A DNA stretch of 64,000 nt from Naegleria gruberi. Taxonomy: Eukaryota. Positions within the stretch are counted from its first letter, which is position 1, and every line of letters begins with the position of its first letter. Positions 53,212-64,000 of the stretch are shown here, in pieces. The notes under the pieces are model-generated. The model was not told the DNA's origin, ran no database searches, and saw only the letters and a list, made by a program, of their open reading frames with translations. The stretch lies in assembly GCA_000004985.1 (NCBI GenBank), contig GG738863.1, one strand, 5' to 3'. The translations under genes were made by a program, and so were the position numbers.

Positions 53212-54630
53212 GTTTTGCTTTCAATACCATACAGTACATTTCTGTTCATGAACAGGTAGAGAGCATTTGCAAAAGTGTAATGGAAGGAAACAGAGTCAAG
53301 TGGATGAGAAGAAATATCCCTCGAAAGTGATGTAACTTGAAATAAATTAGGTGATTCCTCATTAGCCCTCAAAAATTGCCTACACTTTTCAAATATATCA
53401 CCACTAATATAAACATTACCTTGTTTACACTCTTTCAACAATTCCCTAACCCTTAGTAAAACTTCCCCTCCGAAAATTCTCAACCATTGAGATCCAAAAC
53501 CTCCCAAATGATAGGAAGTACACTCACCCACATTAATAACACATTTCACCTCCAATGGTGTGTCATTTGATTTGTAAGTTTTCAAATTGGTCATGGTTTG
53601 AATTTTAATTCCACATTTTACAGCTGCAAGAATTGAATCTGTGAAAGTTCTATCCATCCTAGGTGAGTAGAATTGACAAATAATCAAATCTCCTTGAAAT
53701 TTTTCAATATCTCCACCCATTTCATATATTACAGCAATTAAACTAGTGTACACATAGTAGATATATCTTGATATTTCAGAAACGTTGCAAGTATCCTTTT
53801 CATGATAGAAGGAGTCCACAATTTTTGAAAATCCTTTCATTTCAATAAGTAATATACATGTTTCATAGGAAAATTCACTCACAGGTGAGAGTAACTTCAT
53901 CTTTTCCTCTTCCACTGGTTTGATAGATGAAGTAGAACCATTTTGCTTGTATTTCTTCCACAAATTAATTCCAGGACTTGATGATTTCTTCTTATTATTT
54001 ACCAAAGCTCCTCTTACTAGGTGATGAAGATCTACTATTAGAATCACTATTATTTACAACATTATTATTAGGGATTGGTGATGTTGGACCAGGTGGTAGT
54101 GAAGGAGAATGTGGACGGTCAGATCCCTTATTAGAAGCAGATCCAGTACTAACAGAGAGAAAACTAGAGAATTTACTCTCTGTATCGAGACCTTCATTGG
54201 AATTTGTTTTCTGAAGGTGATGTCCTAGCTTTACCTTATATTGTTTACCCTCGCCTCCATAATATATATATCGGAGGCAATATAGTAAATGTTGAGGAAG
54301 GAAGGAGGTTGACAATTCGAGATTTAATTCCTCCTGTGATTTGGCCTTGGAAGGTGATACAGATTGATAATTATTCAAGCCAATAAAGCTCACTCTAGCA
54401 TTGGGTATTCGGAAGGAGCTTGCCTTCTTCATCTCTGCTGAGGCTCTCACTTGAATATTCTCAAATTCCTCACTGGTGATGGAGGTTCTTGATAGCTTGT
54501 CCCTTCCAAATTGAAACTTGGGCGAGAATGTATTAAGGGAGTGATGGCCACCTTGTGTTGTTGTGATGGATTTGCTGAGAGAAATGTGATCACCGCCCTG
54601 CTTATGAGAAGAGCTACAGATAGCTCCCAT
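53212..54630 (-). CDS. sAC/ADCY10-like cyclase paralogue (N-terminal region plus first cyclase-homology domain only; frame break; truncated by the gap). Possible pseudogene or incompletely assembled gene
   Basis: ORF 53995-54630 starts MGAICSSSHK... and is paralogous to the N-terminus of the downstream gene (shared ...FLPQHLLY(C/N)L..YY). ORF 53145-54047, in another frame, encodes SEFSYETCILLIEMKGFSKIV...LIAVIYEMGGDIEKFQGDLIICQF..., the cyclase C1 homology. The two frames overlap at 53995-54047 with no plausible intron, and sequence is lost in the gap. Confidence 0.45.
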
Positions 54631-54981
54631 TTTAATAAAAATTTGTTGGTAGTGATAAAAACGTTATTTCTTATGCCCATCCAATGAACAAATTAGTGCA
54701 TTATTTGTTAGACCGTTGTGATGAACTTAAAGGAAAAGGAAACAGTAAATAGTAGTACCAAGGATAGTCTTACTCAATACTCCTTCTCACAGAATTATAA
54801 ATTGTTTTCTGGTATTGGAACTGCAAAGAACAGCTCCAAGAGTGAAATACTCATGAGTTGGTACTCTTTCCCATTTCCTTCTTGCTTTCGACACTACTTG
54901 AGATGGGTAAGTGAAACAGGGTTTTAACTTAATATTATTTTCCAAATCGGTATGCATGATGAATTAATAAAGATAGTCCAA

Positions 54982-57900
54982 CTACTGCTTAATTATCTTA
55001 TATCTTTCATTCAAAGATTGGATTGATTCGTGTTGTTCAATGTAATTTTCCATAAGATAATCCATATCTGAAATAATATCTGGAAGTTTGTCTTCTACAT
55101 ATTTCAGTCCTTTCGATATTAAATAATGATAGCAGTCGTACATGTCCAGAAGAATTCTCAACTTGACACCATGCGCTGATTGAGAAGAAACAAATTGCAG
55201 TGCATCAGAGTAGGATTTTTCAACATTAGGATAGCATTCTTCGAAAGATGCCTCAAGCAATGAGCACTTGATTAGAAGAAATCTGGATTGCAATCTCAGT
55301 ATTTCTCCTAATAAATTTTCTTGATGTGATGCTAGTGCATTCTTGAAGAGTGTCTCTGTATGTTCAAGATACGGAACATCAGTACCAATTTGGATACTAT
55401 CTAGGAATTCCAAATACTTGACCCGAGACTCTAAAATTGCATAATCGAATATTAAGCTTGGAGGTGCATAAATGTGAAGAGAGTTAAAGAGAGATTCCAT
55501 GTGATCAGCTTGTTCCCTTAACCGTTGCTCTTTCTCTACAATATTAATTCCAGACGTTAACTCTCTGCAAAATTGGACATAGGCAAGATAAAACTTGGCG
55601 CTTAATACTTGGGTTGGACTTGCCACAGTTGTTGAAAATATTGAAATGATGCTCATTCCTTGATTAGCTGATCTCTCTAGCTCATCCAATTGACCACTAA
55701 TTAATAAATAGTAGCAAGCAAATGAGTAAAAGAACATGTAAGAAGGGAGGTGAAGTCTGACCCTGCTCTGTTCAGATCCCAAAGTGTAGTATTTTGATGC
55801 ACTCTCATATTTACCAACAGACCACAAAGCCCGCATCGAGTAGGTACAAGATACAAGCAAAGCATCCCTTTTTCTGAACCTATTAATGGACTGTTGATGA
55901 TACTTGTCGGGATCGCTCAAATACTGATTGATAACATCTTCAGAGAAGAGAATTACCTTATTAAAATTACCCCTGGTGTTGTGAGTCATCATGCAAGATA
56001 CAGAACCAAACATTTGCTGTGTAGTATCTCCTATTTCTGTTGATAAATTAATGAGGTTTGAACTCAATACTATTGCTTCATCTGTCTTGTTCAAGTAAAA
56101 AGCCATGAACCATCTCTCAGATTCAATAGAAAAGATCAACTCTTTCTCTGATTCTGGGCAATACAGTTTTGCTTTGGTTAATGCTTCCTCACCAGTCGGC
56201 ATCAAATTTGCGTCAAACAAATTCTCAATAAATATTCCAAATTTGAGTAGACTCTTTGCAAGTAAGATTTTAACACTCAAAAAACTGAGACCCAAAATGG
56301 AAAAAGTTGAAGAAATTCGTGTTATCCCTTCAAATCTCTTTCTGGTAATATCAATCAGGGAGAGAACTGACTCGAAAACGTTCAGCTTTGTAACATCTAA
56401 TAGGTCGGTGTACTTGACTTCTTCATTTCCTTCCTTTTCTCCTTTCCACAATGTTACAATTTTCTCCAATATCGTATTAAATGAAACACAAAGATGCTTG
56501 AAAACAGAAGCTTCCTGCTCTTGGCTCAATAGAGTGATAGCTTTTGGAATTATAACACACGCCAATGCTAAATGAAGCATTTCCTCCTTTTCTACTGATC
56601 CTAGCGAGAGGGTTTCCTCTAAAGCAATCTTATCAAAATAGTGGCCTAAATGAACGGCGATTTCCTTAATATACCACGAGGATCGTTCTCTACTTTTGTG
56701 TCTTCTACATTGTTGCTCAATTGTCTTGATAAAGTGTTTGGCAAGAGACATGTGAAATTCTCTCTTTTGCTCTTTGGGAGTAGTGGAATACACAATCTGT
56801 AGCATCATGGAAGATTTGAATTTGAACGTTCTGTCCTTACTTGATGAACAAGCAAGAAAATGTTTACCCTTTGTCTCCTCAACCACTTCTAAAAACTGAT
56901 GACTGCCAACAAGATTCTTCAAAATATCTGATAATTTTCTGTCCTTTTTCACATTTGATTCCTTTGGGAATATTGCTTCAAGAGTCTCAAAATCGAATTG
57001 GATTCCAATCGAAGATGCAACTTTCAGAACAAGTTGAGAGTCAACATCCAATCTGTCAATCTTTTGTTGAAAGAACGAAGACATTGTGGCAGGCAATTCA
57101 ATCGTATCCATAGTCGTAAATTTAAACTTGAGGCAGCCATCTTCTACATAAGTTCTTCCATTTTCTTGTAAAAAGTGAAGGGCCATTGTTAAAAACTGTT
57201 GATTTCCCTCTGTTTTTTCGACGAAAATGTCTAAAACCTTTGGATCGACTTTTGAAGCATTAAAATAAAGCTTTAAGTATTCTTCACATTCAGACTTGGT
57301 GAACTCTTTAAGGTCGATTACTAAGTCAGCCTTAGCCTTCCACTCATCAAGCTCTTTTCTCTTCTCCGCCATTTGTGGTCCATCTGGAAGCTCGTTACAG
57401 GAAAGCAACAATACACAGTTGGTAATTCCTGGCTCAAGGTCCAAAATTTTTTTCGTAACAATCCTTGAATAGGGGTCAAACTGCATTGTAAAATGGAAAT
57501 CGTCATATAGTAGAAACCAAGGTTGTGCTGAATACCCCATATACATCCAAGAAATAGAAAGCAATCTAGCGAAAAGATCAGCAGCGATGGTAATTCTCTC
57601 CTCCTGATCCAGTTTAACACTATCTTTCGACTCTTTAAACTCGGTACCTACAACTGGGTTCAATAAGTATAAATTGTCACGATCTTTTTCTTCTTTGAAA
57701 GTTTCCAACATTATTTCTTCTCTTTGTTCTCTACTAATATTGTTGTAAAGATTTTCAACATCATTATAATCTAAATCCAATCCGTTCTTCTTATAAAAAC
57801 GTTCAGTAATGCTAATCTTCAGGTTTCCTAGATAGAGATAAAATGGAGTTTCGAACTCAATAGCTGAATTATAAACACAGGCAAGTTTTGATTTCAATTC

Positions 57901-59935
57901 GCTCACTAATCTTCTCAAAAGGTCAGATTTTCCAACACCATTTTCTCCTTTCACAAAAATTATCTTGGTCTTTGTTTTCTTACCCTGTTCTATTTCTTGC
58001 TGTTTTTCATTAACATATCCACAAATACTATCAAATATTTCCTCTCTTCCAATAGGATATTTGAGAGAATTCAAATGCTCAGAGCCACTGTAACTTTTCT
58101 TACCAGATGATTCAGAATGGTCTTCTGTCATAATTTGTGAAGGAGATTTCTTAATGTTATAATACATTTGAGTTGAAGAGATTGATGAGTCTTTGACCTT
58201 CCAAATTTTTATCAAATCTGATTTTCCCTTCACCTTGATTGGCTCTAGTGGTTCTATTGGAATACCCTTCAACATTTGAGCTGTCTCCTCTTCACATAAC
58301 ACAACTCCATCATTTTTTTCTGATTCCTTCATTAAACGGGCAGCCAAATTTACCTTATCACCATAAATAGTAAACTCCTTTCTATATTCTGACCCACTGA
58401 TACAGATTATTAAGGTTAAATAAATATAAACATACACATTTCCAATAAAACACTTTCCACTGGCAATTCCCAATCCAAACTTCATTCCTAGTTGAGATAA
58501 ATTGCCTGACAGTTCAATACCTGCCTTCACTGCTCTAATGGAATCACTGATATGACTAACAGGATAACCAAAAGAAAATACAAGAATAGTACCCTTTTCA
58601 TCCGACAACATGTTTGCAATAAAACCCTCATAAGTTTCCAATACGCCTTGAACGTTTGTTAAATATGTTTGATACACTTGCATTTCATCATCTTTTGTTT
58701 CGTACTTGTTTGTATCAATAATGGACAAGAACCCCACTGTGAGAGGTTTGACTTCATTGATCCATTCACTTTGTCCTGCATCTATCTTGTTTCTAACAGG
58801 TGGGCTAATAAATTTACGAAGTATTGGAATAAAGGTTGAGTTCACTGTTAGAATGGGTAATGATAGTCCAGTAATGGGCTCCCTTTTTGATGCCAGAGCT
58901 ACATACACATCTGCCTCTTTGATTTCTAACTTTCTACAAGTGATATAATTGGAACATTTTTCAAATGCTGGCCTGGTTATCACAACTTGTCCTACCAGAC
59001 TATTACCCAAAGCGGAGGACATTTCGAGAAGAGCTTGGCCAGAAGTGATTCGAAGCCAGTAATCATTCACTCCCAAATGGTGCGTCGTTACATATCCCAA
59101 AGACACACCACAATGTATCTGAAGTGATATGTTATCATTCACCTTGAAAGATTTCAAATATTCAGTCTGCTGAATTCGCAAGGCACATTGAACAGCCGCA
59201 ATTACACACTCAGCCAAAGTTCTATCCTTACGTGGGTAATGGAATTGACAAATAATAGCCTATAGATTTCATTCAATAAAAAAGTTCTTAAGCAACTTAC
59301 ATCTCCTGCAAATCGTTCGATATCTCCTCCAAACTTTGCATGTTAATACTTTGCGCAATTATCCTACTTACATCATAAATAAAGGCAATTAATGTCGTAA
59401 AATATTGATTAATATATTTAGTAAGAAGCTCAGCTCCATTAGGTTCTTTTGAAAGGCTCTCTGTTAAATTAGTAAATCCAGAAATGTCAATCATTAAAAT
59501 ACAGGTTTCATATGTTATATTACTAAGTGGAGACATTGTTGTTGACATTTCTTCCTCCAATGCCTTTGATTTCCTATCATTTACATTACTATTATTATTG
59601 CTCTTGTAATAGAGAGACTTGAGATTATACAACAAATGTTGAGGTAAATAAGAACAAATTATTTCCGCATTAACCTCCTCCGTTGTTTTTTTTCCATTTC
59701 CAAAAGGTATTGTTTTAAATCCCATCAAATTCACTCGGGGAGGAGGAAGTTTGAAAGAGTGTGCCTTACGAACCTCCACCACTTTCGTTTCTGACTCCGA
59801 GGAAGCATAAGAATCTTTTGATACTCTCCTTTCCGAATATCTAATTGATTTATGTTGATTAAAATCTTTTGGTGATTCTTGTTGATTAGGACTAACAACA
59901 TTCTCACTGCTGTTCAAGCTGCAAGCAGATCCCAT
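54982..59935 (-). CDS. soluble adenylyl cyclase (sAC/ADCY10)-like protein: two cyclase homology domains, P-loop NTPase region and C-terminal helical/TPR-like repeats (about 1620 aa, 4 or more exons)
   Basis: Exon 1 (59935-59372) encodes MGSACSLNSS...TYETCILMIDISGFTNL...LIAFIYD. A 38-nt intron (59334-59371) is followed by a 33-nt exon (59301-59333), FGGDIERFAGD. A 41-nt intron (59260-59300) leads into exon 3, AIICQFHYPRKDRTLAECVIAAVQCALRIQ.... Joined, IAFIYDFGGDIERFAGDAIICQF matches sAC KVLIFGGDILKFAGDALLALW. A second domain carries ...IGNV|GSEYRKEFTIYGDKVNLAARLM across an in-frame 39-nt intron (58397-58435). Further elements are FVKGENGVGKSDLLRRL (Walker A), hhhhDD (Walker B) and long helical repeats. 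Stop at 54982. Confidence 0.8.
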
Positions 59936-60585
59936 CTTGATGAAAAAAAGATGGCAAGTGGTCGGTTGTTTGTTTGGATAATTTTTTAAATTTAACTTTT
60001 CAACCAGTCATGCTGAGGAGGACAATTTTTCTTGTAGTACAAAAGGCGGCAAAATTTTTACTCGTTTCAACTATGATAATGACCCTCAGAGATTTTTGAC
60101 CAACAAAAATTCGAAGGGGAACTTTAAAACCACTCTTCTTCTAACACATTATGAAGTGATGACAGCTCTTGTGGTGATGTATTTCTCTGATCCAATCATT
60201 GAAATTGTGCGAATACAATCATTTTAATTAATAACATATTCTCCATTGCATTGAGAAGGTGTATATGTATAATATTTAATATAAAAAAATAATTCATATA
60301 TTCAATACATTAATAATTAAGAATAGTTTCCATTAGGAGCTGAATCGGCCGATAAATTTGTAATGACTTTTACGCTCAGGTAATGCAGCAGTAGTTAAAG
60401 CCTTAAAACAATGTCTCAAAACGTACACAGCCTCTAATTGTGTTCTTCCTAGCATTGATAGATCCTTCACAGTTACACCATCTCCCGAAAATGATTTAGG
60501 CCTTGCTCAAGAAAAAGAACAAAAGAAACGAAAAGAAAAGCTTCTTGCAAATGTTGTTAATTGTTCTCACTGTACAACCGCTATC

Positions 60586-61671
60586 ATGGTGGGGATAGGA
60601 ACCTTATTGGCCGCACTTGCAATGTATATTGGCTGTTCTTTCCAAAGTAACACTACGATTCAACAGAATAGATTTTCGGATGATAAGATTGTGAGACTTA
60701 ACAACACTTTTTATGAAGAGAAGAGGTTCTTCTTTACTCCCAAAATTAAGGAGACTAAATTTCTTCATGCCTACAAAGAAGCAATCGGAGAAATGAAACA
60801 ATGTCAAATTGATACAAAATTGTTGAGGTACTTTTATGGAGAGAGTGGTATTGGTAAAACAACAATGTTACATGAAGTGTTGAAAGATTCGAAACCTTTT
60901 CCATATACTCTTTTGAGGTTGGAAAGTGGAAACTCTTGGAAAGAAGTTGGAGTGAAACTAAACATTACATCCATAAATGAGCATGCTACAGAAGAACTTG
61001 TGTTTAGAACCTTAACAGAATACTTTAACTATTTGAATAGTGATGATTGTCCTTTAATTATTATTGATGGTGCTAATAGAAACCCAAAGATTACTAATAC
61101 CTTCATTGCTTTCTGGAGAGATATTAGTCATGTTAGACCTTTTGCATTGTTAATGATCTCCTCTGATGGCTTCTACCCCTCAATTTCAAGAGGTGGTGGT
61201 AGAGTGATCGGAACAGAACTCTCTCCATCCGAAACCTTTGTCAGAGAATATTTGGAAGCTAAAGGAATTGTTGATCCTTCTCTTGTTTCAGAAATTATGG
61301 AAATAACAGGTAACAAGATAGTTTACTTGAGTTCAATAAGATCACCAAGAGAACTTAATATCTTGGAACAAACTGTATATGAAAACTTTGAAGAGAACTT
61401 GATGGAATTGAAAAGATTCGATATGGCTTTCCAGTACTTTAAAAATTTAGTGAAAGTTTTGCTAGAAAATCCCCAACAAAGCATGGCCGCATTAGATGTA
61501 GTTCCTGACAAGGAAGCAGCCAAGATATTTAAATCCAACTTGTTGAGAAGGTATGGGCAGGATTACAGATTCCAAAACAAGGCGGTTGAAAGATTCTTTA
61601 AAAGAAAGTGGAAAATTAATAGTGAAGGACTATTGAAATTGAATATAACGGGAAGGACTGTGTCTGAGTAG
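60586..61671 (+). CDS. hypothetical membrane-anchored P-loop NTPase (Walker A YGESGIGKTTML, Walker B LIIIDGA)
   Basis: 361-aa ORF. The frame is open upstream to 60364 but has no ATG there. It encodes MVGIGTLLAALAMYIGCSF, a hydrophobic N-terminus, then an NTPase core. No family assigned. Confidence 0.5.
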   Translation: MVGIGTLLAALAMYIGCSFQSNTTIQQNRFSDDKIVRLNNTFYEEKRFFFTPKIKETKFLHAYKEAIGEMKQCQIDTKLLRYFYGESGIGKTTMLHEVLKDSKPFPYTLLRLESGNSWKEVGVKLNITSINEHATEELVFRTLTEYFNYLNSDDCPLIIIDGANRNPKITNTFIAFWRDISHVRPFALLMISSDGFYPSISRGGGRVIGTELSPSETFVREYLEAKGIVDPSLVSEIMEITGNKIVYLSSIRSPRELNILEQTVYENFEENLMELKRFDMAFQYFKNLVKVLLENPQQSMAALDVVPDKEAAKIFKSNLLRRYGQDYRFQNKAVERFFKRKWKINSEGLLKLNITGRTVSE

Positions 61672-62000
61672 TGATTCAATTCGTGAGTTGCATAATACAA
61701 TGAAAACAATTAATCAAAATTCTTAGAGTTCGTGATAGCTTGTGGCGATTTCTGCTTTGAAAATGCGCGGATATAATCATACATTAATTAAAAACGAATT
61801 CATATATTCTTGTATTAAGAAGGTGAAAAATGTATAAACGTTCACTTGATATTCTATATAATAATAATAATTAATAAACAATAATTGTCCTCCTTAATGA
61901 AAATTGGCATTACCCGCCAAATGAACATCTGAAATAGAAAGGGAACTCATCACATCTCAATAATAAAAGTATTTGAAATGAACTTGAAAAATTAGAAAAA

Positions 62001-64000
62001 ATGAATCAACACTATCCAATAAGGAGAGGAAAACCATCATTTCTGTTCCTCATCTTAATATGTCTCAGCATTTTAGTTTCCATGAAGAGAGACTCGGTTG
62101 AATCGGCCGACGCTACTTGTTATGATACTGTCTCGATAAATAGCTTTGATAGCAATAGCGTTTCAGACCTTAGATGCTCTCCTTCTACGTACGCATTATC
62201 GAATAGAAGAGGTGGTTACATTCAAGGTAGCTTTAACTATGTTCCTAAAGGGAAAGTAATTCTAGGAAGCAAATTTACCATCAACCTCAAGTACATGTTC
62301 TCTTCATGTGATACTAAAATTAAGCACAACTCATCTCTCATTATTAACGATCAATATGTAATGGACATACCATTTGATGGTTCCCAATGTAATTGTTTAC
62401 AAAAAGAGTTTTCCTTGAGCCCAACGATATCCTCCTATTTGATGTTGAATCCGACCAATACTCTCAAAATTACATCAAGTATTTCAACAAGCACCGAAAT
62501 TTATATCAGTGATGTTAAAATCAAGTTTTGCTACATATCCCAGTCGACAACAATTGCCAATCTCAAACTTGAGAATTCTTTGCAAACTATTTCAATCTTG
62601 ACTCCAGAATCATACAAACAAATCAAGACAGAACCTTTTAAAGATATTCTCAGTTCTAAAACATCAAACCTTACTAGTGTTCCATATGTTATTACAAATA
62701 GTGCTGTTGATATTGTGGAAAATATAACATTGACTGTCTCACTCACTGGAAGTTTTGCCATTTCCAATTATTTAATTGTTGATGTGCAATTACAGAAAAT
62801 TGGACCAAATGGGGGAAATATTATCATCTCACCATCCATTTCCAAATCATCTTCTCTTTATTCTAAAAATCTAATTTTGAGTAGAGTTAATTTACAAAAT
62901 TCTGAAAAATTGATAGCTTCACTTGTTATAGAATCTATTAAAGAAGATTCAATTACGAGTGGAGTGAACCTTGAATTGGCTGTAAGTGCTACTAACCCAG
63001 ACACAGTGGAATTATCAGACAATACTAAAATCGGTTTACCTTTCCAATTGTTTTTGTCAAAAGCCTACCTTTCTGAAAATGAAAAATCAGCTGGTCCAAT
63101 CTACAATGCAGGACCTATTTCAGACTTGGCCTATATGGATTTCCAACCTCTTGTCACTAGTCCTTTCAATCCTGCTTGTTGGCTTCAGTTGAATATGATT
63201 ATCAATGGAAATATACCAGCATTTATAGGCAACATTCATATTTGGTCCTCCAAAAGCAAAACACAATTTACAAAGTTCTTCCAATACTCTCACTTTATTG
63301 GGTCAACTTTATTTATGGCTATTCCTTCCGATCAGTTGGATTGCAATCCAGCAACATCAACAAAATTATATATGAGAGTAGAAACAAATTTACCTTTCAG
63401 TTATAGAATGTATATTTCGAGAAAGGTTTACTCCTCAGTTAGTTCACTATCAAAATCTGTTTCAAACATTTTCACACCAAAGCTAGAAAAGGGAGAAGGT
63501 TTTGCTGTTTCAGTTGACAATCTGTATGATCCAACCCAAGATGGATTTGAGAAGGTACCACTTAATTTCCAATTACCACCTTTAAATATTGGTTCATCTA
63601 GAAGATTTAATGCTTTCCTTACTAAAAGAAGTTCAAACCCAACAATTTTTCGTAGTGTAGATGCCATTGCTGTTCCCATCAATCCATTCCCGAATGCCAT
63701 CCTAGACACTCAAAATTTACTTTACTATTTTGAAAATGATTGCATTGATTGTACTCTGAATTTGTATGTCCAATTACCTGATTCCATTAAGAATCCACCA
63801 TCATTATTGCCGAACTCAAACATTGATGAAACTCAACTTAGAAATGATTATGGTATTTATTGGAAATATGTTGATGTTTCATCTGTTTCAACTGCTTCAA
63901 AGTATGCAGTGGCAACCATCACTGTTAACAACGTCGCCTACCAATCAAAGAAAAACATCAAGCTGCTTGCAACCCAAAATAGAATTGATAGCACCTATTC
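62001..64000 (+). CDS. secreted hypothetical protein, 5' portion (ORF open to the end of the window)
   Basis: The ATG at 62001 gives MNQHYPIRRGKPSFLFLILICLSILVSMKRD, a signal peptide. Frame 0 stays open for more than 660 codons to nt 64000 with the codon usage of real genes (Ser/Asn/Ile-rich). It is absent from the ORF track only because no stop is reached. The minus-strand ORFs 62531-62767 and 63428-63709 are antisense noise. Confidence 0.5.
   Translation, partial: MNQHYPIRRGKPSFLFLILICLSILVSMKRDSVESADATCYDTVSINSFDSNSVSDLRCSPSTYALSNRRGGYIQGSFNYVPKGKVILGSKFTINLKYMFSSCDTKIKHNSSLIINDQYVMDIPFDGSQCNCLQKEFSLSPTISSYLMLNPTNTLKITSSISTSTEIYISDVKIKFCYISQSTTIANLKLENSLQTISILTPESYKQIKTEPFKDILSSKTSNLTSVPYVITNSAVDIVENITLTVSLTGSFAISNYLIVDVQLQKIGPNGGNIIISPSISKSSSLYSKNLILSRVNLQNSEKLIASLVIESIKEDSITSGVNLELAVSATNPDTVELSDNTKIGLPFQLFLSKAYLSENEKSAGPIYNAGPISDLAYMDFQPLVTSPFNPACWLQLNMIINGNIPAFIGNIHIWSSKSKTQFTKFFQYSHFIGSTLFMAIPSDQLDCNPATSTKLYMRVETNLPFSYRMYISRKVYSSVSSLSKSVSNIFTPKLEKGEGFAVSVDNLYDPTQDGFEKVPLNFQLPPLNIGSSRRFNAFLTKRSSNPTIFRSVDAIAVPINPFPNAILDTQNLLYYFENDCIDCTLNLYVQLPDSIKNPPSLLPNSNIDETQLRNDYGIYWKYVDVSSVSTASKYAVATITVNNVAYQSKKNIKLLATQNRIDSTY

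Noticed and set aside
60341-62110. GC-rich 12-mer TGAATCGGCCGA present twice (60341-60352 and 62099-62110)
   Set aside because: About a hundred exact 12-mer coincidences are expected by chance among all pairs in 64 kb. The flanks diverge, and the second copy is simply coding sequence (…VESAD…).

Overview
The window is AT-rich (roughly 30% GC) eukaryotic nuclear DNA, not prokaryotic. It has poly-Q/N/S/T coding tracts, short GTAAGT...AG introns of 38-110 nt, and a compact two-strand gene arrangement in which several convergent gene pairs have under 40 bp between their stop codons. This is best explained as a chromosome segment from a dictyostelid (social amoeba). I support about 35 protein-coding genes, two 5S rRNA gene copies in inverted orientation, four N-runs (assembly gaps) and one single ambiguous base. 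Many 'M' starts in the ORF track are really TTG/GTG codons, so the true starts are at internal ATGs or in upstream exons.

Recognisable genes:
- cytochrome P450 (3' end)
- Sar1 GTPase
- RhoBTB-like GTPase
- seryl-tRNA synthetase
- DHX35-like DEAH helicase
- AlkB-like dioxygenase
- a large alpha-2-macroglobulin/thioester-containing protein (about 2000 aa)
- NBR1-like PB1/FW/UBA autophagy receptor
- CCR4/nocturnin-type EEP nuclease
- F-box/LRR protein
- Tim17/PMP24-like membrane protein
- NTF2-like small protein

Most interesting observations:
- A G-alpha subunit fused to a C-terminal F-box and lacking the C-terminal TCATDT/alpha5 region.
- An F-box fused to an atypical Rho domain, lying next to a RhoBTB-like gene. 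Both have a degenerate switch II.
- A cluster of three class III nucleotidyl cyclase genes: a PAS-PAS-cyclase and a tandem pair of sAC/ADCY10-like cyclases with N-terminal MGxxCS lipidation motifs.
- Dispersed chromosomal 5S rRNA genes arranged as an 86-bp perfect inverted repeat flanking a two-gene segment.
- A P-loop kinase / SWIM zinc finger / RPA-like OB-fold protein.
- A duplicated gene 5' end next to assembly gaps (probably an artefact).
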